A stretch of DNA of 64,000 nt from Amphiscolops sp. MND2022. Lineage: Eukaryota. Below are positions 62,730 to 64,000 of the stretch, in pieces. Each line of letters begins with the position of its first letter. Position 1 is the stretch's first letter. Where the stretch lies: positions 48,548,001-48,612,000 of the forward strand of contig OZ076409.1 of NCBI GenBank assembly GCA_964187785.1, written 5' to 3'. A program made the position numbers and the translations under genes. The notes under the pieces are model-generated. The model ran no database searches, was not told the origin of the DNA, and worked only from the letters and a program-made list of their open reading frames with translations.

Positions 62730-63901
62730 TCAATTCTTCTTTGACTTCGCCGACTTTTTCTTTGTTCCACCTGACCCACAAGGAACCTCATCTTGCAGCT
62801 TAGCCACCGCAACAGTAGCCTTTCCCAAATTCAATCGGGCTGTTGGCGATTCAGAACTGCTCGACGTTTGTGGCTCGCTTGCCACGTCACTGTCCTCTGT
62901 AGGATGCAAGACACTAGGGCTAACTACCACACTCTTGTAAGCAGTCTCGAACTTGGCAAACCATTTGCCTCTCCTTAGTGCAGCCCCTCGGAGGAAATTC
63001 CAAATGGAGAATTTTCGGTCAGCTAACAACTCCCGTCCTCTCCCGAGCAAACGGAAAACTCGACTAATCGACCGAGGATCCTTGTATAAACTGGTTACAT
63101 TGGGCACCGTGTTGTACGAAATTTGAACACCAGCAACACATGAGCGGAATACCTCCTCATCAGGGCCCAACTCGGTCAAAGGAACTGTAAATTCTGGAGG
63201 ATAAGATATCTTAGGGGGCAGACACAGACAAGACAACTTGAAAAGCTGATGGAGTTCAGTCCGACATTGCAGCTCATAATGTGATGACAAATAAAGGAAC
63301 CAATCCCTGGAACGATCAACTTGTCCAGCACGAAACTTGGTGACCATGGCACGATATTGGCTCACCGCCTTTGCCTTGTCCGCAGAACTCAACCATCCCT
63401 TGGAAGCAAAGTACGTGGTCAAATGTTCCACAGCAGCAATGTATCGTTCTTCTTCACTGTCAAGAATTGTGGCCGAATCGAAGCATGACAAACCTTTTAC
63501 AAGGTCCGATTTCACGATAGGATGTGATAATAAACCCCGACCGAAAGCTTTACAAAATGGAATTGATTGTTCGATAAATTTACTCGGACGTGGTAACTTG
63601 CTGGATAATACAAGGCGATGATAGTCTGAGTTGAGCACGAACTGGTCAGGAGTTTTGAATGGCAAGTTGGGCTGACTCAAGTCCAATTGAAGGTACTTGT
63701 CCCACTCTGAAATACTCCCAAGGAAATTGTCTGGGAGAATGGATTGTAGCTGGCTGTAAACGAAGACAGTGTACTGGTTATAAATTCTGAACCCACCACC
63801 ATACTGGGAATACACTTCAGAGAATGCAGCTTCGTCTAAAATACAGCAGCTAATCAGAAGAAATAATTCAAAATTCAACCCGTACAACTACCGTGAATCA
63901 T
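62730..63901 (-). CDS. Intact antisense ORF of unknown function downstream of pol, probably spliced (exons 63901-63892 and 63835-62730)
   Basis: 385 open codons in AT-rich DNA that overlap no other long ORF; candidate 56-nt GT-AG intron at 63891-63836 gives MIHDEAAF...; Lys-rich C-terminus. Confidence 0.7.
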
Positions 63902-64000
63902 CTACGGATACTCAAATCACATCACCTATTATGCTAAAGAACTAGTCAAAAAACATATACAAAGCAATTAATCATCCTCGTGCAAAAGTCTGAATGACGT

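Larger units (their letters stand above)
55134..64000 (+). mobile_element. Large Ty3/gypsy LTR retrotransposon (element 5); 5' boundary uncertain, 3' end beyond the window
   Basis: TATAAATA at about 55437; possible PBS TGGTTTCTA at 55564; separate gag and pol ORFs; no 3' LTR or PPT visible. Confidence 0.9.

Noticed and set aside
63836..63887. Signal peptide or env interpretation of the antisense ORF
   Set aside because: The hydrophobic start uses a TTG codon and falls in the predicted intron; the ORF is antisense and has no clear C-terminal transmembrane anchor.

Overview
AT-rich eukaryotic DNA, most likely from an invertebrate animal (inferred from the transposon types), made almost entirely of nested transposable elements; no conserved host gene is recognisable. 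It holds five Mag-like Ty3/gypsy LTR retrotransposons, four of them with both LTRs, 5-bp TSDs, a tRNA-Ser-type PBS and a PPT. The three with an intact RT core carry a WLDD motif in place of YxDD. A larger gypsy element runs off the right end, with a canonical -1 frameshift site, a 473-bp palindromic insertion in gag and an intact, probably spliced antisense ORF downstream of pol. A full-length RTE-like LINE starts exactly at an HDV-like ribozyme fold and has a 2A-like DIESNPGP motif ahead of its endonuclease. The rest is TA-flanked non-autonomous DNA elements, Helentron/HINE-like repeats with internal tandem arrays, templated inverted and tandem duplications, and one candidate small spliced orphan gene. 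All alignments and counts were done by eye; no database search was run.
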